Source: Balanoglossus misakiensis (lineage: Eukaryota; Animalia; Hemichordata). From it: a stretch of DNA of 64,000 nt. Every line of letters starts with the position of its first letter. Within the stretch, counting starts at the first letter, position 1. Position numbers and translations under genes: made by a program. This document shows, piece after piece, positions 42,856 through 57,866 of this stretch. The notes under the pieces are model-generated. The model was not told where the DNA came from. It worked only from the letters and a program-made list of their open reading frames with translations, and did not search any database. Where the stretch lies: contig CM082586.2 of assembly GCA_040954595.2 (NCBI GenBank), positions 3,888,349 through 3,952,348 on the forward strand, given 5' to 3'.

Positions 42856-45800
42856 TTATTCCCTTTTAACAAGTACATTACTGTTGTCATAAGACAAGTT
42901 CTTAATAACAGGATAAGACACCCAAAATACAGTAAGGAAAAACAGAAATGCAATGGGAAATGTCACCCGAGAAATCCTGTCGATTTTAGTCGCCAGATGC
43001 AAATATTGCTTTGCTTTCATTCTTCTGTTTGACAAGCGGTGAGTTGAGTGAGATGAGTCATCATTTTCATCCTTATGGTAAACTTGACATTCGCTGCCTT
43101 CTGTTTTTCCTCCATCCCCATGGTTACCACTATTTATGAATGACTCCCGGCCTTCTATCTATAAAAAAAATCTGTTATTTTAAAATTTCCCTCCAAATCC
43201 AAGAATTGTCTTTTCAGAAACTGCGCGTCAAATTGCTTTTAAATGCACATCACGAAACAAAGAATTCATTCATACCATTTCTTTGTCTGATGAAACTCCT
43301 AGTGCCATCTCGTTCTTACTGGCTCTGACGCTCAGTGTGTAGAAATAATTCACCAGAGCAAATTCCAAAAGTGCAGCAAAGACAAAGACGATACAAGTGG
43401 AAAACCAAACATCCATTGCCTAAAATTAAGCAAAAAAACATGTTAAGTGTAAAATGATTTAATTGGTGAATAACAGTGATTCTATAACACGTTTGCACTA
43501 AAATAATCTGTTAACCACCCAACAGATAAGTAGACGAACTTTCATCGCAATCAGATGCCTCTTGGTTGTCTAATTACTTATATTTCTTTATTGTTTGCAA
43601 ATTTCAAACTAATATATATTTGATGTGCTCATTCTGTAATTCAGTCTTGTAAGATTTGAGAACGGAAAAACTATAAATGAACCAAAAACTTTAGATGGTA
43701 CTAGTGCAAAAATGATCACTCACAGTTGCATATGAAAGGGATGGTACACTGTAGCGAACTGATCCACTTTGCGTCACTAACGTCAACACAGACGTAATGC
43801 CCAAGGAGGCTCGGGCGGGAGTGGCGTCAACATGTAACCAGAATGAAATCCACGACGTCATCACCAACAGCAAGGATGGCAAGAAGAGACTGACTATGTA
43901 GAACCCCAAAGATCGTTCGAGCACGAATTCTGCCACCAATGTTGAAAAGTTTCCTTGAAATCAAATATTTTCGCGTATTAAACAACATCAGCAACTGAGC
44001 ACTCGATTATTTGCAAAGGCTGAAAAATTTCTCTGACATGCCCAAATCCCCCTCCCCCAGAAATCAAATGGTTATCCCTTAGGGAGTATCGAACGTAGTA
44101 CTGCAAGCTTCCAAAGGCGGTGTATAATTAATACTTACCGAGAGGGGAGATAACAAATTCAACTTGTGTTTTGACATCTATCAACGAATACTGGGGTATG
44201 ACTATATTGGGATCTGACATAATCGGGTTGATTGGTCGCCAAGTCAAGATCACGTGGTCATTGTTGTATGCGTCTGCAAGAAACCCGGGGCAAGAAATGG
44301 ACGAGACTTTATCAAGTTTTAATTCAACATGTGAATCGATCGTCAGAATGTTATGAAATCCATACGTATAGTGTAAAATATCGCTGTTAACTGAAACTCG
44401 TGTACTGAAGAGTCAATTCCAAGCTTCTATCATGACAAGTTTGAATCATGACCAGAAGTGTGGAATGTTAAGTGTTCATATAATGGATTCAAAGACTTAC
44501 AACTTCTGATACCCAGTGGGCACTTCTGCAGATCCAGAGGAAACATTTGTAATCCCATGTGACATGTCAGAGTAAGAGTTAACCTGATGGTGAGAAAAGA
44601 GGACATCATCAGTCAGTTGCCAGACAGTCAAAACGACTGTAAGTAGATCTAAAAATATATTTTCTCGTTTTATGATTGTTTTGTCGCCAGCTGGGTAAAT
44701 GCGATTTAATTTGGACGCATACACATGGCAAGAGATAAGTTTCCTGAAAGCTTATTGAAATGTTCCCAACCTGGTGGAGTATGTAATGTTTCCGCCAGGA
44801 CCCAAGAAAAGTGCGATGTTTTCTGACAGTACGTTGTGGAGATCTCCTTTCTTCTCGTTGAAAAAGTAGAGATCGGGTAACCAGAACTTCTTGACAGATT
44901 CAACAGTCTGGAAAACTAGGTCGCTGGCGTTATGCGTGAGTCTATTGTCAATCCACTGAACATAGAGGTCCATGTTAACTGTATAATCCTGCGAAACATG
45001 ATAAAATGGGTAAAAACTGTTGTTAACAACTACGAAACATTTAAAGATAGTTAAGGAAGAATCTGGGTTACTTCAACAAACGTAGATGACCGTGAGTATG
45101 TGTATGCGTGAATCTCTATCTATATGAACATGTATATTGAAATGTCTACATCTGTATGAATATACTCGTAAATGTGTGTTTGGAATCGGGCTGAGCCTAA
45201 ACACGTAACTCACCATTGATATGGATGATATTGAGCCAAAACTATCTATAGTGAGGAAACAGGTGACGATTACTTGTTTTCCTGTGGCAAAAATAACAAA
45301 ATAGGAAATGTCTACAAACTTCCCGATGAAATGGTAGGAAAAGATATAAATATATGGTAATAAGATTATGATACATTAATTCATTAATACATACAAACAA
45401 TAATAGGAATTATAAAATTCGTACCATGTAAATGTGGTCTGAAAGTACTGATATCATTGTTGTTAAACTTGTTCATGATTTGGGTATGTGCATCCTGTAC
45501 TCGACTGTCTTCTCCGATGTATTCATCTTCATTTAGTGACGTCATAACGTCCCTCCAATACAACGACATGCTGCCAAAGTCAATTGAAACCAGAGAGTTT
45601 GGTTTGTATAGTAATTTCACTGTATGTGGTGAAGTCACAAGTATGCGGTATTGGGCAATTTCTAAGTTGATGATGCGAGGCATCATCTGTTTTACTACAA
45701 TCCGATAAACTTTGAGCATTCGTTATTGATATATAGAGTAACATCTGGCATTGCAAACGAATCGTGTTGATTGTGCGCAGTTGGGCCTGGTGCTCGCTTG

Positions 45801-48453
45801 AGCAAACCAATCACAACCGACCAAAATGCCCCCAGGTCAGTGTTGATAAAAACACTTGAGGGATCTTTCTGTCACTTCTCAAGTGCTTCGTGCCAATCCC
45901 TGACGATTTTGGCTAGAAGGAACTAATGATAAGTGACTCTTGGCATGGCGCTGATAACCGTTAACAATTGGCGTACATTTAATGCAGTAACCAAACCGCT
46001 ATTTATCCGGTGCGTTTTTCAAAAATAAATTGGACAAACAAACAATTAAACATTCGACAATTTGATCCATTATGTCGTCTTATACAGATATGAGTACAGA
46101 TATACTTGAAATTTAAGTATGCCTGTACTCCGGTCTGTCTGTTAAATGTACGCCATCTATAATGGCATCACCTGTATTGTACTGTCTGTATATACGCCCT
46201 AGTTGAGGCCCCTTAACTTAATTTGGAGTGCTACAGCTCACTCATTATTGTGGTGTCTAATAACACGATGGAATGAAACATCAATGTACATGTGTCAATA
46301 TCAAGATTCGAAGCCATCAATCACACCACACACGTCCTTCCTTCGCCCCCCCCCCCCCGTTACCCCTTTCAGATGTCCTCGCAAGAAAATACAAAATATG
46401 CAGCCTGGGACGGTCACGATGAATAAGTAGACCCTGTCATCTTGAAGTGTTCGCGTTTATGTGAGCAACGCATAAATAACACTTTTATAGACACTTAATT
46501 AGATGTTTGATCAGTTGCATAAGGCCAAAGTAAGGAAATTCTTTGTTTTGTTCGTCCCCGCGTTACGCGAAACATACAGAAATTTTCTTACGAAAATTTC
46601 CGTTGTCAACGACTATCTATTTCAAAAATAAACGTTAAATGTAATATTTGGTAAAATACTCTTTTACGGTAGTCACATAACAACCGTGATACCGAACCTT
46701 GTAGAACTGGATGTGATTGTTTATTCATTTGTTTATTTGTTTGTTTGTTCGTAGCGCATATCAAGGGACGTTTGGAGAAAGAATCTGAAACTGTTGAATA
46801 ATGTGAGCGCAACACAATGATTTTATTCGGTTTGGCCTTATGATTGAGTTCGATCTACTGAGACGCTTAAGAACCGGTATTCGCCTCCACAGGTGGCAAT
46901 TTCAAATAATCAAGTAACTGGTTTTCGCATTTTATACGCAGCGAGGGTATTCAGATAGCCTCTACAAGAAATAAATCTCTACATATATAATGCAGGCGAG
47001 GAAAATTGAACACGTCAGGAGAATCTTATATGCCGCGGTCCCGTGGCGAGAATACTGTGGTCGCTATCGATGAATTCGAGGTTGGGTTCCCAATGATGTA
47101 CAGTGGACATTTTGAAGCCCCCCTCCCCCTCCAGAAACTATCAGGAGCCCATGTCTACATATACATATAATAGATGCCAAATGCTCGCAGTTTGTGGTGC
47201 TTCTATACAAACAAAAACAAAACAGGTTGTCATTCATATGTTAGGGACCAGCGATGGCGTTGGAATCATAGTCTATAGGCGCCTTGTTTTGCCTCTTAGC
47301 AATGCCCCGCAGCAGTATATTTTACTTCTCATTGCGTCTCTCTTACATTTGCCCCATTATTGGACTGTCGCTTGGCGAATGATCGATGGAAATAATGAAT
47401 AAAACAAACCATATTACGGTAGCAATTAAACTTAAAGCAGGCTTCGCACGTAGCCATAAATTGAGGATTTAGAAATCTAATATTTTCAATCTAGTCGTTG
47501 TCATTGAGGTGTTTGATGATAGAAATGTAAAACAGTTGTACCTTTAATAACATGCCATCTGTTGGGCTTAAATGCAAATTTTAGTGACTCTCATGAATGA
47601 GCCTGTGATACATGTAAAACAGTGACGACAGGTTTTGAGCCGTTTTCTGATCATACTGGCAGTGTTACCATTCTTTCAAGCACTTATCTCATTTTAAATA
47701 TTTTATTTCCCTCGATGCAAGCGGTCGTTGTAAGAGACTATGGTGTCTAAATTTCAAACTAATAATTTATTTCAAATCTCGTACAGTTTAGAGTGCTGTA
47801 TCACACGAGCGCTGATTTGATGATAAATGTTCTTTAATTAACTCGCACGAAATAATATCCAATGGCACGATGTGTAATGCATTATAGCTGAAATTACAAC
47901 GTGCCAGACGATAGTTACGAGCGCAATCATGCGAATTTGTCTCAAATAGCCCCAGAGGTTTTGAGATCCCTATAAGTTCTGCACTGCATTTTTGTTGTCG
48001 AACTTGTATGTGAATAATTTGGTTATTTTTTTTTTACTTCTAAACTTATCGGTTATGATAAGCAATATTGTAATGAATTTACACTTTTACTGAGCGACCG
48101 ATTTAATGTAATTCCTCCGAGGTGCAAACTACCACATTTATTTAGAAATTGAGCAAGTTGGAAAATATATACAATTTTGAAATATTGGTCACATAAGCCA
48201 TTGTCAGACTCATCCTCGTGGTTACTCAACCGTATTTTTTATTACAAAACATTGGATACAGGCGGCTGCAGAGCTGAATACGAATATGGCAGATTGCATC
48301 CATTTAAAGTAAAAAAGCATTTCTAAAAATTGGACGTTCGTAGACCATCCCGTAAACTATTAATTGGAATCAAAGGACGGTTTATGCCTGCGGACATATT
48401 AACGGCACTTACCTGACAATAAACACGACGCAAAAAGATGGATTGTGGAACAT
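42856..48453 (-). CDS. Cys-loop ligand-gated anion channel subunit A (glycine/GABA-A receptor-like, divergent)
   Basis: Exons 48453-48413, 45570-45425, 45281-45214, 44988-44771, 44583-44501, 44273-44139, 43953-43724, 43419-43276, 43158-42856. Signal peptide, WLPDLYFFNEK, Cys loop CHMGLQMFPLDLQKC, M2 PARASLGITSVLT, M3 LLEFALVNY, M4 IDRISRVTFP. Confidence 0.92.
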
Positions 48454-49621
48454 TTTCCAAGAACGGCACGTCCACAGTGAAATGGGATGTCCTCTAGGTC
48501 TAAACAGCGTAACAGTCACGCATGTCAACCCTGGCTTATACCCGAGTTGATGTCGCATATATAAAAGCGAGCTGTAAGCACACTCAGACCTCGTCCTGCT
48601 AAATGAGATATGCAATGAACAGACGAATCTTGCAGACTCGTACACAGTGCAATAATCGACGGTGAATTAACACACAAATCAAGTGCTACTTATAGCCTAC
48701 AGAGACAAGGTATCGCGAGACTCACCTGAAGTGTGAGTTCCAGTTGATGGATCATCGTGACATGCCCGGGTCATTGCACTACCACGTGACAAATCCCACG
48801 GGGCGTGCACATCACATTGTTATAATGATATTTTTTTTACGTTTGCCGCTTTTTATTCAATTATTCATTGAGAATAATTCAAGTATTGATGTGATGGATG
48901 AAATACCAACTTAAGCAGGTACAAGTATCATTCATACCATGCGCTCATCATCGACGAGAATGCAGTTTTCTGAATCTGGGCAATTGCAGTTGACATGCGC
49001 AGATGACCTCTGTATACCAGTATTAAGAAAGTTATTGGCAACGTTTTATCTAATTGAAAATATCACTCGACTCTACGATACGAAAACAAACATTTTATTG
49101 TGAAAAAGTGTAAAGTTGTAAAACGATTACATCATTCTGTTCTAATGGTTATAGTTTGAGGGCGCTTATACCAGAATGTCTTATACGCGTCATTGTAAAA
49201 TTTACATGTCACTATTACTTGAGCATGCAATATTATAGTAACACTAATGTTAAGTAATGGAAAGTAGATAGAATGTCCCAATGCATTCTGATACAAATCA
49301 TATAGAATAAAGTATGACTTATCTTTCAATGAACATTGGATAAACGAGTGAATGTTTGTTTTTTTCTTAAAAGGATATCAGATGTTGAAAAACCCTAATC
49401 TCTATAGAAGCAACGTTTTTATTGTGGAGGTATTAGAAATATGGTGTTTTGTTACACAGGTTTCCTACAATTAGTAGTACATGTATCAACAACAGGATAG
49501 CAATCAGACACGAACACGACATTGCCATACAATAAATGTTTATAGTTTTTGCAATACATGTACATGTACATGTACATGTACTTAGTTTGTGCGGTATTTG
49601 TGCAGTATTCCAATACAGTAA

Positions 49622-52600
49622 CTATTTACTCCCACAGCTTGCTATTTTCCAATATTCAGGTATAGTTCGCCTCATCGTTAAGTAGTACGACCAGTAGAAA
49701 ATGTTAAAGATTAGAAACAAAGAGGGAAAGAGTATTCTGCAGGCTTTATCAATCGCACGCGCATGCGTGGCGTAAGGTCTGAGGGGCATTCTCTGCTGGA
49801 TTACTTGCATACTCGTCGACTGGGGGCTCCTGTCCGAACGTTTCCGAAGCCCCGACGACAGCGTCCCTTCTCCGATGGCGTCACTGTGGTAATCGTCCAT
49901 TTCTAAAGTGTCCTGTCGGCAGAAAATTTATTGTTACTAACTGTTCAACCTTTCCTTGCTCTAAACAAATTCATTCAATGCATATGGCGAGGCACTTTGC
50001 CATTTCAACGGACTCACTCCTTTGAAACAGTTGAAACACAAAACAATAAGAAAAATCAGAGAGGCTTTACTAGTAACTGTCTTATATACATACCCTTGTC
50101 GCAGTAACTGAGCCTTTTGATCCAGATCTTTTAAACACCTGAAGTTTGTTGTCTAAGAGATAAACGTAATTAACTAATGCGAACTCCAATAGAGCACTGA
50201 AGACAAACACCAGACAGCAAGAGAACCAGATATCCAATGCCTACAATAATAATTAAAGACAGTACATTTTTATGTGGAAGCCGAAAAAGGACAGTTTTGG
50301 TAGAAAAAAATATCATCTCGTGGCACGAGTTATCATTTTCAAGGATGTATCCGCTATGTATACGCTTAGCCTTTCACGCAGTGACACCAATCGGAAAATG
50401 GTATCACCCACACCAGGTGGGCGGAAGTTGGTCCTGGTGCTTTTTTTCCCCATGATTCAAATTACTGTAAACGCCATATTGGAAATTCTGCCAAATTTCC
50501 CTCGATTTTGTAAAATATTGCGCGACTTATACATGGCGAATATGTTTTATTCTGAAAGAGTGACCTCAAAGCTACCAAATTATGTAGAAATCAGCTAGGC
50601 CGGATTTCCCTTTAAAGCACCACCATGGTACTTACTGTTGGGTAAGCAACATCCGGTAATGTATATCGAGACGCGGTTACTTGGGTGGTCACTGTCAAGA
50701 CGGTGGTGATTCCCAAAGAAGCCCGGGCGGGCGTAGCTTCCACGTGCAGCCAGAACGTAATCCAGGAGATAACCACCAACAGGAAAGACGGTACGTAGGT
50801 GTGTACGATGTAGAAACCCATCACTCGTTCCAGGGTAAACCGTGCACAGAGTGTCGAGAAATTACCTACAATGAAGAGACGTATACAAAATGTACAATGT
50901 TTTTCTAGTTTAAATACCGCCCTCTTTCTGTATATCGAATAGCACTGTCGCATGTGGGAGTTGTTACACACGGCGATTGTCACAGCGGAGCTTAGGGAAA
51001 AGTTACAGCAAAGCGGCGACATCTTGCTAAGCTGGGACACCGAGTGTCGAAGACGCCAGCTTGTGCCATCTAAAAGTTAAGTACAACAATATCATAAATG
51101 GCACATATTGCGTGCGTTAACTTCTAACCCACCTAAACGCAGCGTCACCACATTTGTGTCTTCTGTAACGTCAATCAAGTTAAACTGCGGCAGTTCAATA
51201 TCATCACTGTAGTCGATGGGTAGTGTGGCATTATCGTCGTCTGTTCTCCGCCATTGGAGAATAACGTTGTTTTCATTATAAGCATCTGGAATTAAAAGAA
51301 AAAAGTGTGTAAAGTGTGCGATCGGCATATATGTGACATATACATACACGACTAAACGTCCTCTTTAATGGAATGTTTCATGACATAAGCAAAGTTTCAA
51401 TTCATAACCAGGCATGCGTCAGCTACAAGTAAATGTACATACGAATTCGGGATAATCATAAACCAATTTTATGTAAGATATAGGCATATAACCATAGACT
51501 TACAGCTTCTCATCAATAGTGGGCATTGCTGGCGATCCATAGGAAAGTAGTATAGCTCCATGAAGCAAGATAAACTTAACGTTAATCTGTGAGAGAAAAG
51601 TTTACCCCAGTCTATTTATTCGGTGCGTTTTTCAAACGAGGATTATTGCCCATTATCCAAAATCAACGAGACCCGTTCTATGGTAATTAGCCATGTCTGA
51701 CGAGATCTCGCGATGATTTGAAATCGTCCATAGGCAGAAGTGACCAACTAGTGGCCTGTCCTATTGCGAAATAAAATGAAAGCTGCATTCTTCTGATCGA
51801 GGAAATGAAGATCAATAGAAAAAGATTACTAGTCAGACATATGAAGTTTCTCTTATACTATAGTGTAACAAAGATAGCGACTACCCACCGTACACTATAT
51901 ATGATGGAGCCATTCGGGTAAACAATGAACGCGGTGTTTTCCGAAATAATATTGTGAAATGTCCCTTTCTTTTCATTGAAGAAATACACATCGGGAAGCC
52001 AGGCCTTTTTAATAGTTTCAATAGTCTGGAAAGTTATTTCGCCAGAACTGTTGTGGCTCAAACGAGTGTCAGTCCATTCCAGATATAGGCTCAGACTTAT
52101 AGCATAGTCCTGCAAAGCAAATGGCATTAATATGCAAATTAGGCAGACTATGATTGGATGGTTTAAGTAAAATAACAAAATGGCGACGTGGACATTTCCA
52201 AGAACAATTGCTGCTTCATATGGAAATGTCAAAATGTCGGTCAGTAAGTGGGGCTATCACAAGTCTTACCATTGTCGTTTCAGACAGATCAGCAAAGCTG
52301 TCCACGGTGATACTGCACGTCACAATGACTGGGTCACCTGAAAAAAAATGAAATAATGATATCGTCAGATACTAGATCATGACTGTAAGATAGACACCCG
52401 TTCTGCCCACCACCTACTTTATCTCAAAGCATTATAAAGCATCTAATATTCTGTGTGGATGGCATTACCACTTCAGTTAACGTTCCAGGTGTTTTTAATT
52501 TCATTTTAATGTGATATCCAATATCTGTTCATACACATTTTCTTGCCTGTGGCATTACACTTGTTTGTGTTGCATTGTAACAGTAAATGTCATTGCCCAT

Positions 52601-55600
52601 TTCCAATCTAATCCTCTAAGTATCCAATCTAATGCACAATGATATAGTCTATTAGTAATATCCGTTTTTTTATAATTTTATGAGACACTCTTTATGTGGT
52701 CTGTTGATGCTGTTCTATGTCTGCAATGGGTTCCATTGTGTTGATTGTCCAACATCACGAAAATAGACTTAAGCTTTATTACAAACACGAATATTGTCTT
52801 CTTCTATTGTCAGGAACATATTTGATCACAAGAAATTTTGCTTTGCTTATGTCGCTGTCTGCGATCAATATGTCTATGTTGCTGGTCACGCTTTTTCTGC
52901 TGGTGGTCTTCACCGGTGAATACATTTGTGTACCTGAACTTTGATTAGTAAGCGATCCACGGACTCTGCACAAGTATACTATTTGGGTTCGCGTTTAGTT
53001 TCAGATGTAGTAAATATCTGTCTGTCATTTTCATGACGCAAAGTGTTGGTGTGTAACTGCGAAAAAAACCCAAATTATTCTTTGGTTGGTGGTGTTGTTG
53101 TTGACGGTGGTCGTGATGGTTACAGAGAACGGAAATACTTACCACCAAACTCGGGACGCATAGCACTTGTACTAATCTCGTTAAACGGTCCATTCAGCAG
53201 CTTCAAGTGTTCAGCCTCGTACAAATCTTTATCAGATCGCTTCAACATGGTCTTTTTCGACTGTCCCCATACTAGTACGCTGTGAAAAGACAATACAAAA
53301 CATCATTACTTCTGTGGTCTCACAAGCATCACATATTTTATTCTCTTTCGTTCAATGTGCTCTACAGTTTTGTATTGGGGTCAAGACATACACATCATTC
53401 CTAATTTACAGTTTAATTCAGTTCATATATATTTCAACGTAGTATCCAGTCAAGCCATGCTTTTTCCTTACATACTTAGCTACTTATCTTATTTTGAATA
53501 ATTAATACGTTTTCATAAATAGTTTATGAATTAATCTCAAATTGTCGTTACTATTTATAAATGATTCACTGTTGCCACAACAATATGATGGGTTTCCCAT
53601 CATTATTTGTTTACACGATTCAGATGACAAGTAAAGACAGGATGCACTTCCCTATTGCATTTTATTTCAAAAAACGATTTTTAGCGTTCTAACATTATCT
53701 ATAGATCATGAAAAGGGGTCAATTTGAATTAAAATAGAATGTATTTTTATGTATTGCTAACTGACAATTAGTTCATCTTAAGTCAATATCAATTAAAGTT
53801 TAATGTATTTGCGAAAGAATTCAAGAAGACGGCGTTAAAAGACATCATTAAGATCGTCTGAAATGTTTAATAATCAAGTCAATATTTGGGTCATGCTGAC
53901 AACAAGATATTAGTACCCTGTACGTTGTAAAACAAATTTACCCTGGAAAATGAGCGTTATATAATTTTAGATTTCAAAACTGCACTACCGGCAACAATTG
54001 ACTGTCGATGCATCGAGATGATGATGGTGGTGGTGGTGGTGGTGGTGGTGGTGGTGATAGGGTGGTGAAGATGGTGGTGGTGGTTCTTTATCTGTGTGTT
54101 TTCGTTCTCGTGGCATGAATCACTCGCATCGTTTCATATCATTATGTTAATTTTACTCAAACTTTAAAATTTAAAGAAGAAGGATATTCGATACAATGGG
54201 ATGTCACAAATGGCCATATTTCGATGCTTTCATTGTCTTTCACTTCTTACGCACAGCAGAGCCAGCAAACTATATAAAAATTGTAACCTATACTACCCGC
54301 GTATCTGTTCCCATATTTGCGTCATAAATCGCGAGTGCAGGAACGAGCTCGGCCGCAGAGTGACTGTACTTTGTCCCTGCAGCTGACGACGCCACAAGTC
54401 GATTTATTCAGACAGAAATTTCATGAACAGGACTTGTGAAACTAAACGAACAATTCGTCCACCTGTTCAATCGCATGTTTGAAAGTACGACACAAAGTAT
54501 GGCTGACTCTCGTATCAAATGACAGCATATGTCATACATTTATAATGACTTTTTTCAATATATATGGATGGTGTGCAGTCGCATTGTGGATTATGGCTTA
54601 AGATAGGATTTTTATCGTATCAAATGTTAGTATGTGTTATGCATTATTTATGAAGAATGGGAGCTCTCCATACCACAGTTTGCTCAGAGCCGATCGTACA
54701 GACTACAAACACAGCCATGTCAGATTAGATGAATATTCAAATGTCATAATACTAGTATTCCTGAAAAGGAAAGTTATTTTTTTTTCAAGAAATCGTTATA
54801 ATTAATGAAAATACTACGGTACAGCGCATGTTATGCACATAGGGGGGGGGGGGGGTAGCCCGCACATTTCATTTCAGGCTAATTTGGAGATGGCGACAGT
54901 TAACAGGTTTGAAAGCCAATCAGCAAAGCAATGAATACCCAGATCCTGACATTTGTGGATGAACCTTTATGTTATTTAATTGAAAATCACTACGTTACAC
55001 CCCAACAGAATTAGGGAAGCAGATTGAAAACACTAATTCCAAAATATATTGATAACCCTATCAAGGAAACAATGCTGGCGGTTCCGTAATCTCCCAAGAA
55101 AACTCAGTATTTCGACTGTCTGAGCTGTATGATAGATGAAATCATTAAAATAACTATAAATAAATGATCACATCGTCGGCCCTGACTCTAACAAGAGTAC
55201 ATTCTTATTAACTGCCATAGTTACCTGTGTACACATCATTAACGATCACAATAGTGCCATATTCTTATATTATACTTTGCCAATCATAATGTCGGTGACG
55301 TATGAGTTACATATCAAATATTTATCCATTCATTTGACCAAACTGATCAAGTCTTAAGACTCGAGTCATATCCATATCCATGCCGTAATATTATAACATG
55401 ACCATTGTACGTTTTGGCCATTTTCCGAGCTGATAGGCAACGTGGTGGAAAGTGAAGCTGGCGGAAGTAGTTACGGGTTTACTGAGCTTTACTGAGCTGT
55501 TGTCAAGGAAACCAGACTGTACATGAGCAAGCCCCATTGGAGCGCAAATTCCCCGGATGTTCCAATTGAAATCCAGGGGATGGTTTTCCGTGAACGGCGA

Positions 55601-57866
55601 GTCGTATGAAAAATTGTTCTGGCATATGTCCTCTTAAGTCATATGTTACTATATTTAGGTTATCAGTCAGCATTCAAACCGCACCGACTGATAATTACTC
55701 ATATTCAAACCATCTCTTGGCTGAACAGTTTCACTTTGACCAATCTGCTAAACCGCGTCCCAAATTTCCGAAGATTTGAGTGTTTGGTGAAGCACATTCA
55801 CTCCTGGAGTAACTGTGGGTGTAGTGACGTCAGTTTGTCAGTTTGAGTCAGTAAAACAAAAATGATATGTTTAAGCCCCGGCAGATCACCACATTTCAAT
55901 TCTGTACAGGTGCCAGGGGATCTCGACGTGTAATTGATTCTGTGTAAATGTGTTAACGTTTGCGTAGGGTTTAGCCGTCGTCTTTTTATTCAAATATAAC
56001 ACGACCTGAAAGGATTTGGTTAATACTTATTAATATCATTATCACCGTGTTTCTTTTTCTTTGTTTGAAGTTCAAAGATTGTCTTCTGATTCCATTTATC
56101 ATTGTGGCATCCCAGTCCCCGGTGTTTTCTAACTAAAGTGCAATTTTATCCAATATAGAATGCAGTCATTGTCTCGATGATACATGCAGGTCAACTATTA
56201 ATAGGTGAATCAGAAATATAGATGCGTGACCTTCAACTGGGCTTGACAGTGAGTGGTACATGATATGATGATACGTCATTTGCTTGCTAAGTGTTGATTC
56301 AGAACACCATAATGGAAAGAATGACAGCGTTTCATCCGTCCATAATGCTATCATTACACTGGATAAAAGTTTCGTGTGATGTCACTGCCTATGATAGCTT
56401 GTACGGTAGTCAGTGAAGATTATAGTAATGATACAAAACAGGTGTCTTAGAGAATTATAGTTTTCTGTCAATTTACGAAGTCCACCCCCCCCCCCCCAAA
56501 TATATATATATATATTCTCATATACCACAGGTATAGGGGATGTCGCATATCAGGCTCAACCAAAATTTCAAAGTTTCGATTAAGAGCCTGTAGAGCACCC
56601 CGAGGTTATGCATTAGTTTTGAATTTACCCCATAGTGAAGAGACAATAGTAAAAGCGTGATAAGCACAGTTTCCTTGCATTGTGAGCCGCTGACCCCCCC
56701 CCCCCAAATACATTACATTATTCATACGACCAGCGTTATCAAAAGCCATTGTATTAATATTGCAGCGCGTGGATTAGTATTATCATTCACCAGAGCATGA
56801 AAAACCTTTCAAGTAAACGGCATGGTTCTTACCAGAGGCAATGACAGTAAGGATTTCACTAATACTGAACCTTATAAGCAATAACTACAGAAGGTTGAGG
56901 CAGGTTCATTCGAAAGAAATGTTGGCTAACTTGTTTACTCTATACGAAGTAATATAATATCATTTCATGGATTGTCACATGCCCTTGGCCCCTAACTACA
57001 TCTTGGCGTCATATCGATGATACCTCCCGGTGATTGGATTAATCAATACGACAACACTTTCAAATCGTGATGAGAAATAGGGTCAAGGGGTTAAGCATGG
57101 CAAACAACTACGAACATTTAATTAGGGACAGGGTCAGGCTATAAGTAATGATATTGAAGTTCATAATTCAATTGTTTTTAAGTGTAAACATCAAAGTTGT
57201 TTTTCTTACTATTCTGTTGACTCGAAAAAGTCCGTTCCATAGGCCCTACGTCACGATGATGTGTGCGATCATAATGATGCTATATGTAGTCATGTATAGA
57301 GAAATACATTTTAAACCCATATTGCATTTCCGACATTATGAATAACGTGATCATTGCAGACAAGTGTTGCCTGCAGTTTGTCAGACTGTTGAGAGAATGC
57401 ACAGTTGTTGATGTTTCACAGACAGTCGGCAGCTTGTCCCACACAAGATATGGAAACACTAGATGATCGAACACGATCTATCAGCCCGACAGCAACTGGT
57501 CTTTACAGCCAAAACACATTTCTGAGTTTCATCTTTAGCAAGGGATCTTTGCGCATGTAGTTTCAGTTACAGTCCGACGACAACCGTCCAGCTCAGGCTA
57601 GTAGCTTGCTAATTCAAATTTGGCACGATTTGGGCCTTAAAGCATTAACCACTCATGCTCAACACGTGGCTATGAATACCACAATTGGCCTCTTTACCTC
57701 AGCGCGTCAATTAACATGACATTTTAAGGTCACATATGATCTATAAATGGTTTTCGCAGATGCAGCCTTTGGGCGTAGCATCCTATAATTTGTATCAGGT
57801 AAAAATATACACGGTAGTTACTTACAATACAGATGTTAGCAGCAAAATCCACATCAGCTTCGCCAT
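49622..57866 (-). CDS. Cys-loop ligand-gated anion channel subunit B (tandem paralogue)
   Basis: Exons 57866-57826, 53279-53143, 52337-52270, 52109-51889, 51586-51504, 51285-51133, 50865-50636, 50240-50094, 49912-49622, with the same phases and shared 41/68/83/230-nt exons as subunit A. Signal MAKLMWILLLTSVFVLVWG, Cys loop CFMELYYFPMDRQQC, M2 PARASLGITTVLT. Confidence 0.92.
54016..54084. repeat. (GAT)/(GGT)n trinucleotide microsatellite
   Basis: Read directly. Confidence 0.85.
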
